Under the pieces are notes generated by a model. The model made no database searches and had not been told where the DNA came from. It was given only the letters and a program-made list of their open reading frames with translations. The translations under genes and the position numbers were made by a program. A stretch of DNA of 62,669 nt, filler included, from Bonamia ostreae (lineage: Eukaryota), in assembly GCA_040357525.1 (NCBI GenBank). It is 41 parts of 41 records of this genome, joined end to end, with 100 filler letters (N's around TTAATTAATTAA, not from the genome) between each part and the next. Parts side by side here need not be neighbours in the genome. Positions count along the whole stretch, not along the records: positions 61,248 to 62,669 come from JBDODL010001847.1; 40 more parts are not named here. The stretch is one strand, 5' to 3'. Below, in pieces: positions 61,148-62,669 of the stretch (positions are counted from its first letter, which is position 1; each line of letters begins with the position of its first letter).

Positions 61148-62669
61148 NNNNNNNNNNNNNNNNNNNNNNNNNNNNNNNNNNNNNNNNNNNNTTAATTAAT
61201 TAANNNNNNNNNNNNNNNNNNNNNNNNNNNNNNNNNNNNNNNNNNNNTTTGTTAAAAAGATATAATTATAAACTGTTTATTATCTTGTTCATAGGTACAT
61301 GTACTTGATTATGCTTAAGTTAACACATATAGAGAACAGGGTAGTTAGGGTATATTTTTAGTATATTTTTTATTCTATCTCATTCAGGTGCCAATAATTC
61401 GGTTATATTTACCGTGACCATTTGGTATCAATTATAGCCATGAATTGCATAACAAATGCACATAAAAATACAAGAAAAAAGTGATACATGCATCATAATA
61501 TCATGAGCGCTAATTATGACAATTAGTTCAAGCTAATTCATACCAGATCATAGACAGTTAGATTGATCTGTGCATACTGGAAACTGATGTACGCATATAA
61601 AAGTAAAAGCTTTCGGTTAGTATACATTATTCCGAATTACTGTACGCAAATTCAAAAAAGCAATCTATGTATGGGGAGAGTTGTAAATACAGTGGATAGT
61701 AATCAGAAATTTGATAGTGAGCTTAATGCAGTAGAGGTTCAACGTCTAAGGTGAGCATGATCTGTCCTTAACGGGATTAGCGTTTTATTTGAACACAGTC
61801 TTAGTTCCGGTAACTTAGTGGATATTCGCAGTTTCTCAATACACACGTTTCCTCTCTTTTACAAAAAATTGATTAGTACACTGTATAGGGTTTTAAACAA
61901 CCATGAAATCTTGATAAAAAGTCATATTGCTTTCTACCACGTTACTTCCTATTTCCTTTGTCTTATAGTCATTAAACAGACAAAATCTACATGCAGATTT
62001 GTTAGAATTCTTATAGATTTTCGGGTAAAAAAGTCAGTGGTCACCTCATTTCCATGCATTGTATATGTGGATTCCAATAAGGGAAATATGTAATTTACAA
62101 ACAGTTCCTGTATTTCAATGTGCAAAGTTCCACAAAATTTTATTTTAAAAATAGATGTGAAATGCACATGCTCTGTATCTATCTACAAAATTACTTGTAA
62201 GAAAATTTCATTTCAAAGAAAACTTGTTCATTGGTTCACTTTCTACAACCAAGAGTAAAAGATACCATTTAAATGTACAAACATTAGTACAGTGTATCAA
62301 GATACGGGTTACATCCTTGTAACAAAGCATATTTAGATGCCCATACGTAACACAAATTTGATGACATCAGGGTAGGTCAAGATCCTGACCCAATACCATC
62401 ATGCATTACGCTGTTTGCAGGTGACCTGTGCATAAGTCATGATGCTATATCAAGGTCACTTTGACAAAGTCAAGTTCAATTATGCAAAAAAAAAACAAGG
62501 TTTTTATCAGGGTCCTGCATTTATGATAGATAATGTGGAATGTAAGGTAATTTAAATCGTCTTACCTGAAAAACGATATTCAGCAACATTTTATCTCGAA
62601 ATAACGAAAAAATGACAAAATGAAAGTCGAAACACGACAAATTACAGGCGAAAAGAAGACAAACAAAGC

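Noticed and set aside
1440-61247. Regularly spaced TTAATTAATTAA motif as a biological repeat; gene clustering across contigs
   Set aside because: Artificial linker inside N padding; neighbouring contigs are unrelated, so no operon or cluster can be inferred.

Overview
This window is not one locus. It is 41 unrelated contigs sorted by size (1439 down to 1422 bp), joined by 100-nt artificial spacers (44 N + TTAATTAATTAA + 44 N), so adjacency across spacers carries no meaning. At least three genomes are mixed. (1) A gene-dense, AT-rich protist whose genes are split by very small GT-AG introns (many 19-26 nt, typically GTTTT...AAAG). Recognisable genes are RRP4, a GT60 GlcNAc-transferase, squalene epoxidase, zuotin, a WH2/VCA actin nucleation factor, PP1 inhibitor-2, PheRS-alpha, Cdh1/Cdc20, Ykt6, an FtsH/YME1-like protease, PI4K, CysRS, a Sel1 protein, a USP, a MetAP2 pseudogene, an ENT transporter and a GRK-like kinase. 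(2) Gene-poor metazoan, bivalve-like DNA (HSPA12 pseudogene, IFI44-like exon, Gypsy, Gin/Ginger-like element, tRNA-SINE, Helitron-like repeats, TACATGTA motifs). (3) One Bacteroidetes/crAss-like phage fragment. The mix suggests an oyster-infecting ascetosporean parasite (Bonamia-like) assembled with host and phage DNA; this is inference. The most notable signals are a phage tail ring protein fused to DUF1566-like and BACON-like domains, the tiny introns with atypical splice signals, minisatellite-expanded introns, and a GC-content peak with a strand-skew flip inside one exon. All family assignments come from motif recognition by eye, not database searches.
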